Below are positions 1 through 9,371 of a DNA stretch of 61,278 bases, piece by piece. The stretch is taken from NCBI GenBank assembly GCA_045802645.1, contig JBJMQQ010000052.1, forward strand, positions 1 to 61,278, read 5' to 3'. How positions within the stretch are numbered: position 1 is the stretch's first letter; each line of letters starts with the position of its first letter. Source of the stretch: Polyangia bacterium (lineage in GTDB: Bacteria; Myxococcota_A; Polyangia; Fen-1088). A model generated the notes under the pieces. It did not search any database. It saw only the letters and a list, made by a program, of their open reading frames with translations, and was not told the origin of the DNA. The position numbers and the translations under genes were made by a program.

Positions 1-1
1 C

Positions 2-418
2 GGCGGCGCGGCCGGCGGTGGCACCAGCGGCGCGGCCGGTGGCGGCACCAGCGGCGCGGCGGGACGTGGCACCGGCGGCGCGGCGGCTACCGGGGGCGCG
101 AACGCAACGGGCGGAACGCACGCAGCCGGCGGCGCCGGCGGAAACCCGGGCGCCGGCGGAGCGGGCGGGGCTACCCAGGGTGAGGTCGCCTGCCAGAACG
201 TGGGCGGCACGTGTAAGTTCATCACCGGGTGCACCGCCACGCTGGGACATTTGAGCGACGTCTCATGCGAGGGCGCGGTTGGATATGTCTGCTGCATCCC
301 GCTGGGCGCGTGCGGTCCGGCGGACGACGAATTCATGTGCTGCCGTGACAGCGCAACGTTCCGGCCAGCATGCAGCGGCGGTCAGCTCATGTGCCTCCCT
401 GGCACGACCCACTGCTAG
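2..418 (+). CDS. 5'-partial protein: Gly/Ala/Thr-rich linker followed by a 12-Cys C-terminal domain
   Basis: The frame is open from the window edge (GGAAGGGTSGAAGGGTS...) and runs into EVACQNVGGTC...VCC...MCC...THC*; typical myxobacterial exported-protein layout. Confidence 0.75.
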   Translation, partial: GGAAGGGTSGAAGGGTSGAAGRGTGGAAATGGANATGGTHAAGGAGGNPGAGGAGGATQGEVACQNVGGTCKFITGCTATLGHLSDVSCEGAVGYVCCIPLGACGPADDEFMCCRDSATFRPACSGGQLMCLPGTTHC

Positions 419-436
419 CCGCGCCCTTCGCCACGG

Positions 437-1640
437 ATGGAGAGTAGCGGGCGTCCTCTCGTTCCTGCTGATTGCAGGATCGACGGGCGCCGGCACCCTC
501 CCGCCCGCGGAGTCCTGGGCGCGGATCCGCGTCGCGGGGAATCGCGCCCAACTGCCCCATGATCTGACGCTGGTCATCGACCGGCGCGGACTGGCCGTCC
601 AGCGCGGGAAGCTTCGGGCGCCGCTGGAGCTCGACGACCACTCTGCGCCGACCACACTGGCCGTTGCGATGAGCGGCGACCTGGTCGGCATCAAGGTTAC
701 GGACGGCTGCGACGTCGTGCACGAGCAGCGCCTCGGAATCCGAAACCTCGAGGCGCGGCTCGCGAACGTGGCCGCCCTCGCGGACTACCACCAGCGTCGC
801 TGGCGCGATTCGGCGGCGGGATTCGCGCGGGCGCTCGCGCTGGACCCCAGGTTCACAGTCGCCGCCACGAATCTCGCGTCCGCACAGCTCGCGATCGGTG
901 ACGCCGCGGCCGCCGTGAAGACGCTGGCCCCCTTCCTGGCCCCGCTCGACGTCGCGATGTACGCCCGCCTGGTGGCGGATCGTGATCTGGCGCCGCTGCT
1001 GGATCGGCCCGACGTGGCGGCGACGCGCGCCTCCGCGCCGGGAACGGCCAAGCTGAAGATGACGGCCGTCGACGTCACGCTGGACGGCAGGTTCGCGTTC
1101 TCCACGAAGTACCGGTTGGTGGCCGCGGTGCGCGGCGAGGCGAGCTGGGGCAGTTGTTCCCGTCGGGCCGAGTTGGTCCTGCTCGATTCCCGCGGTCAGG
1201 TGGCGGTCCGGCTGCCGCTGTTCTCGCTGACGGAATCGTCCACCGACGAAGCGCGAAACTGTCCAATCGAGAGCTCCGCGCGTGTCTCGGTCGCCGCGCG
1301 CGTGGCAGCGGCGCAGCGTCTGCTCACGGATCTCGGCTTCTCGCCGGGCGGCGACCCCGGCGAGCTCTCGCCGACGGACAAGGGACTGCCGCGCGCGACA
1401 TTCGGCGGGGTGAAAGTCGGGTTGGTGCTGGGCGCTGGCGTCGCCCGCGCGCTGCGCAGCAACCGGGACATCGGCAGCGTTCACACACGTGGCGAACACC
1501 TGGAGGCCGCGTCCTTCTTCGACGGTTCATACGCCGGTCTCAACGCCGTCGTGTTCGAGTGGTCTCGCGACGCGCGGGAGGGCTGCGAGGCGACGGATCC
1601 GCACGACATCCAGCTGCTCCCCATCTCTGTCAGCGACTGA
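437..1640 (+). CDS. Putative exported protein with TPR-like helices; start uncertain
   Basis: Long GC3-biased ORF; signal-like segment RVAGVLSFLLIAG; TPR-like FARALALDPRFTVAATNLASA; the ATG at 437 is one base out of frame. Confidence 0.6.
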
Positions 1641-2433
1641 GCGGACGAGGGTTGGTCTCGACGATCGCCCAGGCAGGCGCGTGATCGCTGGCGCCCGGCA
1701 GTCCGCGCACCCAGGCATCGACCCCGGTTTCCCGCAAACCGGGGGCAAGCGAGGCACCGAGCAGGATGTGATCGAGGCGCATGCCCGCGTTTCTCTCCCA
1801 GGCCTGTCGCAGGTAGTCCCAGAAGGTGTAGACCGGCTCGTTCGGGTGCATCGCCTTGATGGCGTCCGTCCAGCCTTGCCCAAGTAGCCGCTGGTAAAGC
1901 GCCCGCGGCTCGGGCTGCAAGAGCGCGTTCTTCACCCAGGACCGCGTGTTGTAGATGTCCGCGTCGGTGGGCACCACGTTGTAGTCGCCGGCGAGAACGA
2001 CCGGATGGCCGGTCTCGAACAGCGCCTGCGCGTGGGCGAGGAGGCGATGCATCCAGGCGAGCTTGTAGACGAACTTCGGGCCGGGCTGCGGATTGCCGTT
2101 CGGGGCGTAGAGGCAGCCGACCAGCACGCCCTGCACCGCGGCCTCCAGGTACCTGCTTTGGGTGTCGGCCGGATCGCCAGGCAGCTGGCGACGTGTCTCG
2201 ATGGGCGTCATGCCCTTGGCCAGGATGGCGACGCCGTTCCAGGACGGCTGGCCGACCCATCGCGCGCCGTAGCCGGCTGCTTCGAGCTCCCGGAGCGGGA
2301 ACTTCGTGTCGGGAACCTTGATCTCCTGCAGGCACACGATGTCGGGAGACGCCTTGGCGAGCCACTCCAGCAGGACCGGCAGGCGCTTGGTGATGTTGTT
2401 GATGTTGAGAGTCGCGAGCTTGAGCAGGGGCAT
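1630..2433 (-). CDS. xth: Exodeoxyribonuclease III
   Basis: LATLNINNI, DIVCLQEIK, YAPNGNP, GDYN, RLDHIL, SDHAP motifs. Confidence 0.93.
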   Translation of the reverse strand: MPLLKLATLNINNITKRLPVLLEWLAKASPDIVCLQEIKVPDTKFPLRELEAAGYGARWVGQPSWNGVAILAKGMTPIETRRQLPGDPADTQSRYLEAAVQGVLVGCLYAPNGNPQPGPKFVYKLAWMHRLLAHAQALFETGHPVVLAGDYNVVPTDADIYNTRSWVKNALLQPEPRALYQRLLGQGWTDAIKAMHPNEPVYTFWDYLRQAWERNAGMRLDHILLGASLAPGLRETGVDAWVRGLPGASDHAPAWAIVETNPRPLSR

Positions 2434-2463
2434 GGGATCCGGGGCGACGCCGCGCACGGTAGG

Positions 2464-4797
2464 TTACGCGACGGCGGCGGCGCCGCGGCGCGCGACGAGG
2501 ACCAGCGCGCCCGTCAGGAGGTAGCCGGCCGCGCCCATCAGGATGACCGCCGAGAAGCCCAGGTTGGTGATGGCGGTCATCGCCCACGACGCGCCCCACA
2601 CCGACGACACCGTCGCCATCACATACGTCGCGGGAACGGCGGCGCGGTGCCCGGCCGCCACCACGCGCGCGACGCCGAATGGGTAAAACATGCCGAGGAA
2701 CGTCCCGGCCGGCACCACGCACACGGCCACGCAGGGGAGCTTGAGAGGCAACGGCAGCGAGAGCAGGTGCGCATTGCACAGGCGCGTCGCAAGGACACCC
2801 CAGGCGGTGGCCGCCACGGCCGGCAGCACCAGCGCCGCCGGTCCGCGGAACACCCGCAGCCGGTCCTGCAAGTACGCGCCGAGGCCGTTCGACGCCAGGA
2901 ACAGCGCCAGGATCACCGCGACCGCGTAGAGCGGGCTGCCGAGGAACAGCTCTGTCTTGGCGATGAGCCCGATCTCGACGCACATGTACGAGAGGCCGGC
3001 CACGTAGAAGTACAGCACCCAGGGCCAGGGTAAGCGTCGCTCGCGCCCGCGGCGGAGGCCGAGGCCCAGACCGACCACAGCCATGACGGCGAGCGACACG
3101 GCGCCGAAGAGCACGACGGTGAAGACCTTGATCCAGCTCGAGGCGTAGAGCTGATCGATGAAACGCATTTTCGCGGGCAGGAGCTCGAAGTCGCGCCAGC
3201 TCACCTCCTGCAGGAAGGGGCGATCGTCCGTGACGAGAGGCCCGCGCGCGCGACCCAGGACCGCGTCCGCGAACCGCGGCAGCCCCGCGCCAGAGGGGGC
3301 ATAGAGCACGGTGCGCGCGTGCGGCCACGTCGCCAGCTTGCCCTCGATCGCCGCAATCTCGCCAGTGGTGAGCCCGCTGGGTTTGACGACCATGCTGTCC
3401 TGGCCGCGCGACGCGGGGGCGCCGAACGCAAAGACCGCCTTGGCGAAGTCGCCCAGGCCGCGCGCGGCGAACAGCAGCCGCAAGCTTTCGGCCTTGTGGA
3501 GCACGGGCTGGTTCACGAACACGATCATCGAATCCGGACCGGGCGCCAGATGGTCCAGAAGCGACGCCATCGCCTCGTACGTGTCGAGGTACTTCCGGGT
3601 GTGGCCGGTGCGCGCGTCGTTGGTTGCGCCGTTGGTCGCCACGAACACGAGGTCGTACTGCCGGCGATCGTCATTGAGGAAGTCGCGCCCTTCGCGCACG
3701 ACGAGGTGCGTGTTGGGGCGGGCGAGGAACGCCGGCAGGTTCATCGACGCCAGCAGCGGGTCCCGCACCAGGTTGGCCACGGCCGGGTTCAGCTCGACGC
3801 CGGTGATGTCCGCCCTGCCCTGCGCCAGACAATCGAGCTCGACCATGTCGCGACCCACGCCGGCGAAGAGCACCAGAATGCGCTTCGGCTGGTGTCCCAT
3901 CACGAACGGCAGCGCGTGGTGCAAGCTGTAGGGCAGGAGGTCGGCGGGCTTGGCCGCCGGATCCCAGGGTGCGACCTTCACGTTGCTGATCCCGTCGTCC
4001 TGCACGATCCCCCAGGCCTCGCCGCGGCCGGTCTCCGCGCGCACGAGGCTGGTGCGCGCGAGGTCGTTCCACCGCACGCGCATCTCCTGCATGGGGTTGC
4101 GCGCATAGTCGCTCAGGACGTAGCGCGACAAGCTCACGACGTCCGGGTGCTCGTGGAACACGCTCCCGTGGCTCGCCAGCAACGCGACGACGCAGTATCC
4201 GGCGACGCCGGTCGCGAGCTGCCGGCGACTGACCCCCGTCATGGCGAGGAGGGCGAGCGCCGCGAGAAGCACCGTCATGATGGCGGGCGGCAGTCCGAGC
4301 CAGGTCAGCACGAGCGGCGCAAGCAGGCACCCCGACGCCGCGCCGGCCAGGTCGAAGAAGTACAGCCGGCCGATGCGCGCCGCGCCCTGTTCGAAGTACA
4401 AGGCCAGCAGCGCGCCGAGGATGGCGTAGGACGGAACGAACACGCCCGAGTAAGCGAGCAGGCGCGCCGCGTCTCCGTACGGGTTCTCCAGCGAGACGTG
4501 GATGACGGGAAAGAACGCGTTCGCGATGGCGAAGAAGCCAATGAACGACGCGGCCAGCACGGGCAGCACCAGCGCCTGCAGGATGACGATCAGGCGGCGC
4601 GCAGCGCCGGATCGCTCGCGCTGAACCAGCAGCGAGCCAAGCGCCAGCCCGAACAGCGACACCGGGATGGCCAGGAAGTTCGAGATGCTGCCCAGGAAGA
4701 AGGCCAGCATGCGGGCGTGCAGGAGCTCCACCATCAGGCCCATGAGCCCGACGAGGAAGCTCCCGATCTCGACGTCCCGATCGGCGGTCCGCGACAC
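2464..4797 (-). CDS. Multi-TM protein with a central spermidine synthase-like (SAM-binding) domain
   Basis: TM blocks at both termini, LYFFDLAGAASG, ILVLFAGVGRD, GVELNP, EGRDFL, YDLV, TDDRPF. Confidence 0.8.
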   Translation of the reverse strand: MSRTADRDVEIGSFLVGLMGLMVELLHARMLAFFLGSISNFLAIPVSLFGLALGSLLVQRERSGAARRLIVILQALVLPVLAASFIGFFAIANAFFPVIHVSLENPYGDAARLLAYSGVFVPSYAILGALLALYFEQGAARIGRLYFFDLAGAASGCLLAPLVLTWLGLPPAIMTVLLAALALLAMTGVSRRQLATGVAGYCVVALLASHGSVFHEHPDVVSLSRYVLSDYARNPMQEMRVRWNDLARTSLVRAETGRGEAWGIVQDDGISNVKVAPWDPAAKPADLLPYSLHHALPFVMGHQPKRILVLFAGVGRDMVELDCLAQGRADITGVELNPAVANLVRDPLLASMNLPAFLARPNTHLVVREGRDFLNDDRRQYDLVFVATNGATNDARTGHTRKYLDTYEAMASLLDHLAPGPDSMIVFVNQPVLHKAESLRLLFAARGLGDFAKAVFAFGAPASRGQDSMVVKPSGLTTGEIAAIEGKLATWPHARTVLYAPSGAGLPRFADAVLGRARGPLVTDDRPFLQEVSWRDFELLPAKMRFIDQLYASSWIKVFTVVLFGAVSLAVMAVVGLGLGLRRGRERRLPWPWVLYFYVAGLSYMCVEIGLIAKTELFLGSPLYAVAVILALFLASNGLGAYLQDRLRVFRGPAALVLPAVAATAWGVLATRLCNAHLLSLPLPLKLPCVAVCVVPAGTFLGMFYPFGVARVVAAGHRAAVPATYVMATVSSVWGASWAMTAITNLGFSAVILMGAAGYLLTGALVLVARRGAAAVA

Positions 4798-4820
4798 GAG
4801 GCCGCCGCGCTGACCCGGTG

Positions 4821-6119
4821 CTACTGGAACTTCAGCGCCGAGAAGAACGCCGAGATGTTCGACTTCATCGCGGCCACGTCGGCGTCGCTCATCGCGTTGT
4901 TGGTGAAGAGCGATTCACGCATGCGGACCGGAGCGGGTTGGCTCAGATCGCCGCCGCCGCCGAGGTGCAGCGCCGTCCCGGCGTTGATCTTCGCCTTGGG
5001 CGGCGAATGCGTCAGCACCTTGGTGCCGTTCAGGTAGGTGATCACCGCGTTCGGGGTGGGATCGAACTGCGTCACGACGAAGGCGTTCTCGACCGGCGAG
5101 GTGCCGTAGTCGTAGAGATCGTTGTTCTCCTCTTCCTCGGCCCCCACGCAGTACATGTTGTTCTTGCCGCAGTTGGTGGCGATGCAGCAGCCGCCCGAGT
5201 CCTTCCAGCCGTACGCCAGGGCGAGCATGAAGTCCGTGCCGGCCACGTCCGTTGCGTTGTATTTGTGCGTGAGCCCAATGACCCCACAGCAATAGACCTG
5301 ATTGGCGACGGGCTTGCCGTTGTACATGATGCCCAGCGCCTTGGTCCCGCCGTTGATGCCGGTGGCAAGGTTGTCCCCGGCCAGCGTGTACTCCGCCGGC
5401 ATGTCCGTCGTGAGGATGGGCAAGCCGGTCGCCGACTCGACGGTGAACTTCGCGGCGCACGTGAAGCCGCCCGCGCTGCAGTCCGGGTTCCAGGGCGTCT
5501 TGAACACGCCCGGCACGAGGTCGTTCGGCCCCGAGTGAATTTGCGCGTAGATCTTGGAAACGACGCAATTCGACTGGGTGCCGCTACAGAAGTCGCTCCA
5601 GGTCGACATGTCCGCCTTGTGGTCGCTGGTCTGGCCCACGTCGAGCGTCTTGGTCTTGTCCTTGGCCAGCCCGAGCTGAAACAGCGGGCCCGTGTACTTC
5701 GACGTCATGGCCCGCGCGAGGCCGTAGGCCTCGGCGCAACCATTTGCCAGCACGTCGCAAGGACCTTGATACGTTGTCGCCGTCGTCCCCCCCGCACCCG
5801 TGCCGGTCCCCGTCCCGCCCGCGCCGGTCACGCCGCCTGTCGCCGGGGCGCCGCCGCTCGACGAGCCGCCGCCGGCCCCGACGGTGCCGCCCGAGTTCGT
5901 GTTTCCGCCGTTGCCCGAGGTGATCGTGCCCCCCGCGCCGACCGTTCCACCGGTGCTGTTGCCGGAGCCACCGTCACCGCTGCCACCCGCGCCAGTGTCG
6001 CCCCCGGTGGAGTCCGTGCCGCCGCTTCCCGTCTGCGGCCCTCCGCTTGGCGTGTGACTGCTGCAACCTGCGAGGGCCCAAAGAACGGTTACGGTGGAGC
6101 ACACAATACGAGCTCTCAT
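4821..6119 (-). CDS. Lipoprotein with Gly/Thr linker and a divergent GH54 (arabinofuranosidase B catalytic-like) domain
   Basis: Lipobox LAGC; GPCDVLANGCAEAY...YTGPLFQL, FCSGTQSNCVVSKIYAQ, LHLGGGGD. Confidence 0.7.
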   Translation of the reverse strand: MRARIVCSTVTVLWALAGCSSHTPSGGPQTGSGGTDSTGGDTGAGGSGDGGSGNSTGGTVGAGGTITSGNGGNTNSGGTVGAGGGSSSGGAPATGGVTGAGGTGTGTGAGGTTATTYQGPCDVLANGCAEAYGLARAMTSKYTGPLFQLGLAKDKTKTLDVGQTSDHKADMSTWSDFCSGTQSNCVVSKIYAQIHSGPNDLVPGVFKTPWNPDCSAGGFTCAAKFTVESATGLPILTTDMPAEYTLAGDNLATGINGGTKALGIMYNGKPVANQVYCCGVIGLTHKYNATDVAGTDFMLALAYGWKDSGGCCIATNCGKNNMYCVGAEEEENNDLYDYGTSPVENAFVVTQFDPTPNAVITYLNGTKVLTHSPPKAKINAGTALHLGGGGDLSQPAPVRMRESLFTNNAMSDADVAAMKSNISAFFSALKFQ

Positions 6120-6253
6120 TTGGATCCTTCTTGGTGTTAAGCGCGTAAAAACCGCGAGAGAAAACCAACGCAGGATCGCACTCGACGACCTGTCGTTCAA
6201 GCGCAACTCCTGCGATGTAAAGCGCCACTTCTGCGCTGTTGACGCGCGGTCAT

Positions 6254-6290
6254 GCTGTCGTCTTTGCTGTCGTCTTTGCCGTCGTTCTTT
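6254..6290. repeat. Three approx. 12-nt direct repeats (GCTGTCGTCTTT) in a divergent intergenic region
   Basis: GCTGTCGTCTTT GCTGTCGTCTTT GCCGTCGTTCTTT. Confidence 0.7.
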
Positions 6291-6363
6291 CCGTCCTCGC
6301 GCGTGGAGGTTTGCGACGACGCCGGATGGCGATCCCGGCCGCCGGCCAGTAGCCTCTCGGGCC

Positions 6364-7152
6364 ATGGACCTTCGGTTGAACAATCAGGTTGCGGTCGTGA
6401 CGGGTGCGAGCAAGGGGATCGGCCTCGCCATCACGCGGGCGCTGGCTCGCGAGGGCGCCTTCGTGGTCGCCGGCGCCCGCACTGTCGACGGGCTGCAAGG
6501 AATCGAGCGGGTCACGTCGCTGGCGGTGGATCTGATCGCGCCCGACGGCCCGGCCCGCCTGGTCGAAAAGGCCCTGACCGAGCACGGGCGCGTCGACGTG
6601 CTTGTCAACAACGTGGGCGCTGTCCGGATGCGGCTCCAGGGGTTTTTGGGCACCAGCGACGAGGAGTTCGCCTGGTCGATGCAGGCCAACTTCTTCGCCG
6701 CCCTACGCGCCACGCGGGCGGTTCTGCCGGCCATGCTGAAGCAGGGCGCCGGGTCGGTCGTGAACATCGCCTCCGTGAACGCCTTCTTCGAGCCGGACGC
6801 CGGCGTGCTCGACTACGGCGCCGCCAAGGCGGCCCTGCTGAACCTGACCAAGTCGCTGGCGCAGGAGTTCGGCGCCAAGGGGATTCGCGTGAACGCCATT
6901 TCACCGGGGCCCGTCAGCACCGACCTGTGGCTGGGCGAAGGCGGCGTCGCGCACACCGTCGCGCGCGCCACCGGCGTCGATCCCGAGACCGCGCGCAAGA
7001 ACGTCCTGGCCAGCATCGGCGGCGTGCCGACGGGGCGCCTCTCGACGCCCGACGAGGTCGCCGCGATCGCGCTTCTGCTCGCGTCGCCGCTGACGGCCAA
7101 CGTCACCGGCTCGAACTACGTCATCGACGGGGGGCTCATCAAGACGACGTGA
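6364..7152 (+). CDS. SDR family oxidoreductase
   Basis: TGASKGIG, NNVG, YGAAK, IRVNAISPG, IDGG. Confidence 0.93.
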   Translation: MDLRLNNQVAVVTGASKGIGLAITRALAREGAFVVAGARTVDGLQGIERVTSLAVDLIAPDGPARLVEKALTEHGRVDVLVNNVGAVRMRLQGFLGTSDEEFAWSMQANFFAALRATRAVLPAMLKQGAGSVVNIASVNAFFEPDAGVLDYGAAKAALLNLTKSLAQEFGAKGIRVNAISPGPVSTDLWLGEGGVAHTVARATGVDPETARKNVLASIGGVPTGRLSTPDEVAAIALLLASPLTANVTGSNYVIDGGLIKTT

Positions 7153-7287
7153 GCCGGGTCGTTGGCGGCCGCTCCAAGCCCGAGCGTTGGGATATCGCAT
7201 TTTCAGTCGTTCCTGGCACGGCCACGACGCAAGACCGCTGCGCCGCCATTGACGGCGGCCGTTTCCAGTGCTTGGCTTCAGAGCTCG

Positions 7288-7351
7288 GCCCCCCTCCAGG
7301 GTTCGCCCCCCCTCCAGGGTTCGCCCCCCCTTTCAGGGTTCCCCCCCCTTT
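7288..7351. repeat. Tandem 17-19 nt C-tract repeat (GCCCCCCCTCCAGGGTTC), approx. 3.5 copies
   Basis: Visible directly upstream of the GGAG RBS of the next gene. Confidence 0.85.
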
Positions 7352-7366
7352 CGACCGGAGCTTCCC

Positions 7367-9250
7367 ATGCCATCGACGCTGTCGTTCCGTGTTTGCGTCG
7401 CGGTGACCTGCATGTCTTTGTTCGCTTGCGCCGGAATCAAACCCGGCGCTGCATCCGGCTCGGGGGGCACGACCGGCGCCGGCGCTGGCCCGGGGCTCAC
7501 CGGTTCCGGCGGCTCGCAGGACGCGGGGCGGCTGCCACCTCCGCCGCCCCGCGACGACGCCGGCTTCACGCCCATCCACTCGGTTTGCGGCGACGGCGTT
7601 CGTGGCTCCGACGAGGCCTGTGACGACGGCAACGCGGTCGGCGACGACGGGTGCGCGGCGGATTGCCACAGCGTCGACCCCGGGTTCTCGTGCACCCCCG
7701 CGGGCGCTCCCTGCCACCGCATTGCCCGCTGCGGCGACGGCGTGGTCGTCCTGCCCGAGCTTTGCGACGACGGCAACACGAAGGCGGGTGACGGCTGCTC
7801 CGACACCTGCAAGATCGAGCTCGGGTTCAAGTGCAGCGGCAACCCGAGCCAGTGCACCCACACCACGTGCGGTGACAAGAAGGTCGAGGGAGCGGAGAGC
7901 TGCGACGACGGCAACGCCCTGCCCTTCGACGGTTGTTCGGCCACTTGCCAGAACGAACCGGCGTGCACGACCGGCGCCTGCACGTCCAAGTGCGGAGACG
8001 GCATCGTCGTTCACGAGGACTGCGACGACGGCAACAACGTCGACGGCGACGGCTGCTCCTCGACGTGCAAGGTCGAGCCGGGCTACACGTGCAAGCAGCC
8101 TGCGCTGGGCGACAAGTTGTTGGTCCCGGCCATTTACCGAGATTTCCGCGCCAAGGTCCCGACGGACTTCGAGCCAGGCGCAACCGGGCGCACGATGGCG
8201 CTGCTCGGCATCGTCAAGCCGGACCTGGACGCGGACGGCAAACCCGTCTACACGGGCGCCGTGACGGGCAGCTACATCAGCAGCGCCACCACCTTTGCCG
8301 AGTGGTATCGCGATACGCCCAACGTCAACCATTCGACCGCGGGATCGTTGACGCTGTGGAGCAACGGCAAAGGCGCCTACGTCAACCGATATGGCGCCAA
8401 CGGAGAGCAGTGGCCGGTGACGACGACCGCTTACTACTGCGGCAACGTCGGCGAGGAACAGCCGGACCCCGTCACCGGGCTGGCCGTTCCCTGCACCTCG
8501 CGCTTCGGCACCACCGACTGCGACAAGGACGCGGCGCTGCCGGGCTACAAGTTGGTGGCCTGCACCATCAGCGGCGGGAGCTACCGCGGCACGTTCCAGA
8601 CCGCCGTGCTCGACGGCACGCCGGTGTTCTTCCCGGTGGACGGCGACACCTTCACGCCCGCCTCGGAGCGAAGCGCCGCGACCCTGGCGCCGCCGTACGA
8701 CGCGAACTTCTCACCCGAGGCAGGGGCGCCGAAGCACAACTTCAGCTTCACCAGCGAGGTTCGCTACTGGTTCCAGTACGACGCGACGAAGACGTACACG
8801 CTGGACTTCACCGGCGATGACGACGTGTGGGTCTTCATCAACCGCAAGCTGGCGGTGGACCTGGGCGGCATCCATACGCCGGTCCAGGGCTCGGTGAGCT
8901 TCGGTGCGGGCATGCCCGCCAAGTTCGGATTGACCAACGGCCAGGTGTACGAGGTGGTCGTCTTCCAGGCCGAGCGGCAAACCAGCGGGTCGTCGTACCG
9001 GCTGACGCTGAGCGGATTCAACGCCGCGCCGAGCGACTGCAAACCTGTCTGCGGCGACGGGATCCTGGGCATCGGCGAAGAGTGCGACGACGGCACGAAC
9101 GCCGGCGGCTACGGCGCCTGCGGGCCGGACTGCAAGCTCGGCGAGTACTGCGGTGACGGCGTCGTGCAGCCAGATCACGAGGACTGCGACGACGGCGTGA
9201 ACATCGGCCAGCCCTGCCCGTCCGGTTGTAAGCGGCTGATCATCAACTAG
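7367..9250 (+). CDS. Fibro-slime/PA14 domain lipoprotein with Myxococcus Cys-rich (DUF4215) repeats
   Basis: Repeated CGDG...E.CDDGN...GDGCS; HNFSFTSEVRYWF; FTGDDDVWVFIN. Confidence 0.9.
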   Translation: MPSTLSFRVCVAVTCMSLFACAGIKPGAASGSGGTTGAGAGPGLTGSGGSQDAGRLPPPPPRDDAGFTPIHSVCGDGVRGSDEACDDGNAVGDDGCAADCHSVDPGFSCTPAGAPCHRIARCGDGVVVLPELCDDGNTKAGDGCSDTCKIELGFKCSGNPSQCTHTTCGDKKVEGAESCDDGNALPFDGCSATCQNEPACTTGACTSKCGDGIVVHEDCDDGNNVDGDGCSSTCKVEPGYTCKQPALGDKLLVPAIYRDFRAKVPTDFEPGATGRTMALLGIVKPDLDADGKPVYTGAVTGSYISSATTFAEWYRDTPNVNHSTAGSLTLWSNGKGAYVNRYGANGEQWPVTTTAYYCGNVGEEQPDPVTGLAVPCTSRFGTTDCDKDAALPGYKLVACTISGGSYRGTFQTAVLDGTPVFFPVDGDTFTPASERSAATLAPPYDANFSPEAGAPKHNFSFTSEVRYWFQYDATKTYTLDFTGDDDVWVFINRKLAVDLGGIHTPVQGSVSFGAGMPAKFGLTNGQVYEVVVFQAERQTSGSSYRLTLSGFNAAPSDCKPVCGDGILGIGEECDDGTNAGGYGACGPDCKLGEYCGDGVVQPDHEDCDDGVNIGQPCPSGCKRLIIN

Positions 9251-9371
9251 TCCCGGGCCCCCCCGGCCGGGCGCTCGACTTCGGCCCGGCATACGGGATA
9301 CTAGGAACGCGCAGCGGGAACACGCGGCCGGACGGTCGTTGTTCCTGCAAGGCGCGGAGAGTGCGGGTGTC

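Noticed and set aside
7213-7230. TGGCACG as a sigma-54 promoter for the fibro-slime gene
   Set aside because: No GC at the -12 position
7580-8090. Recurring TGCGACGACGGCAAC DNA repeats
   Set aside because: Explained by the coding CDDGN Cys-rich protein repeats
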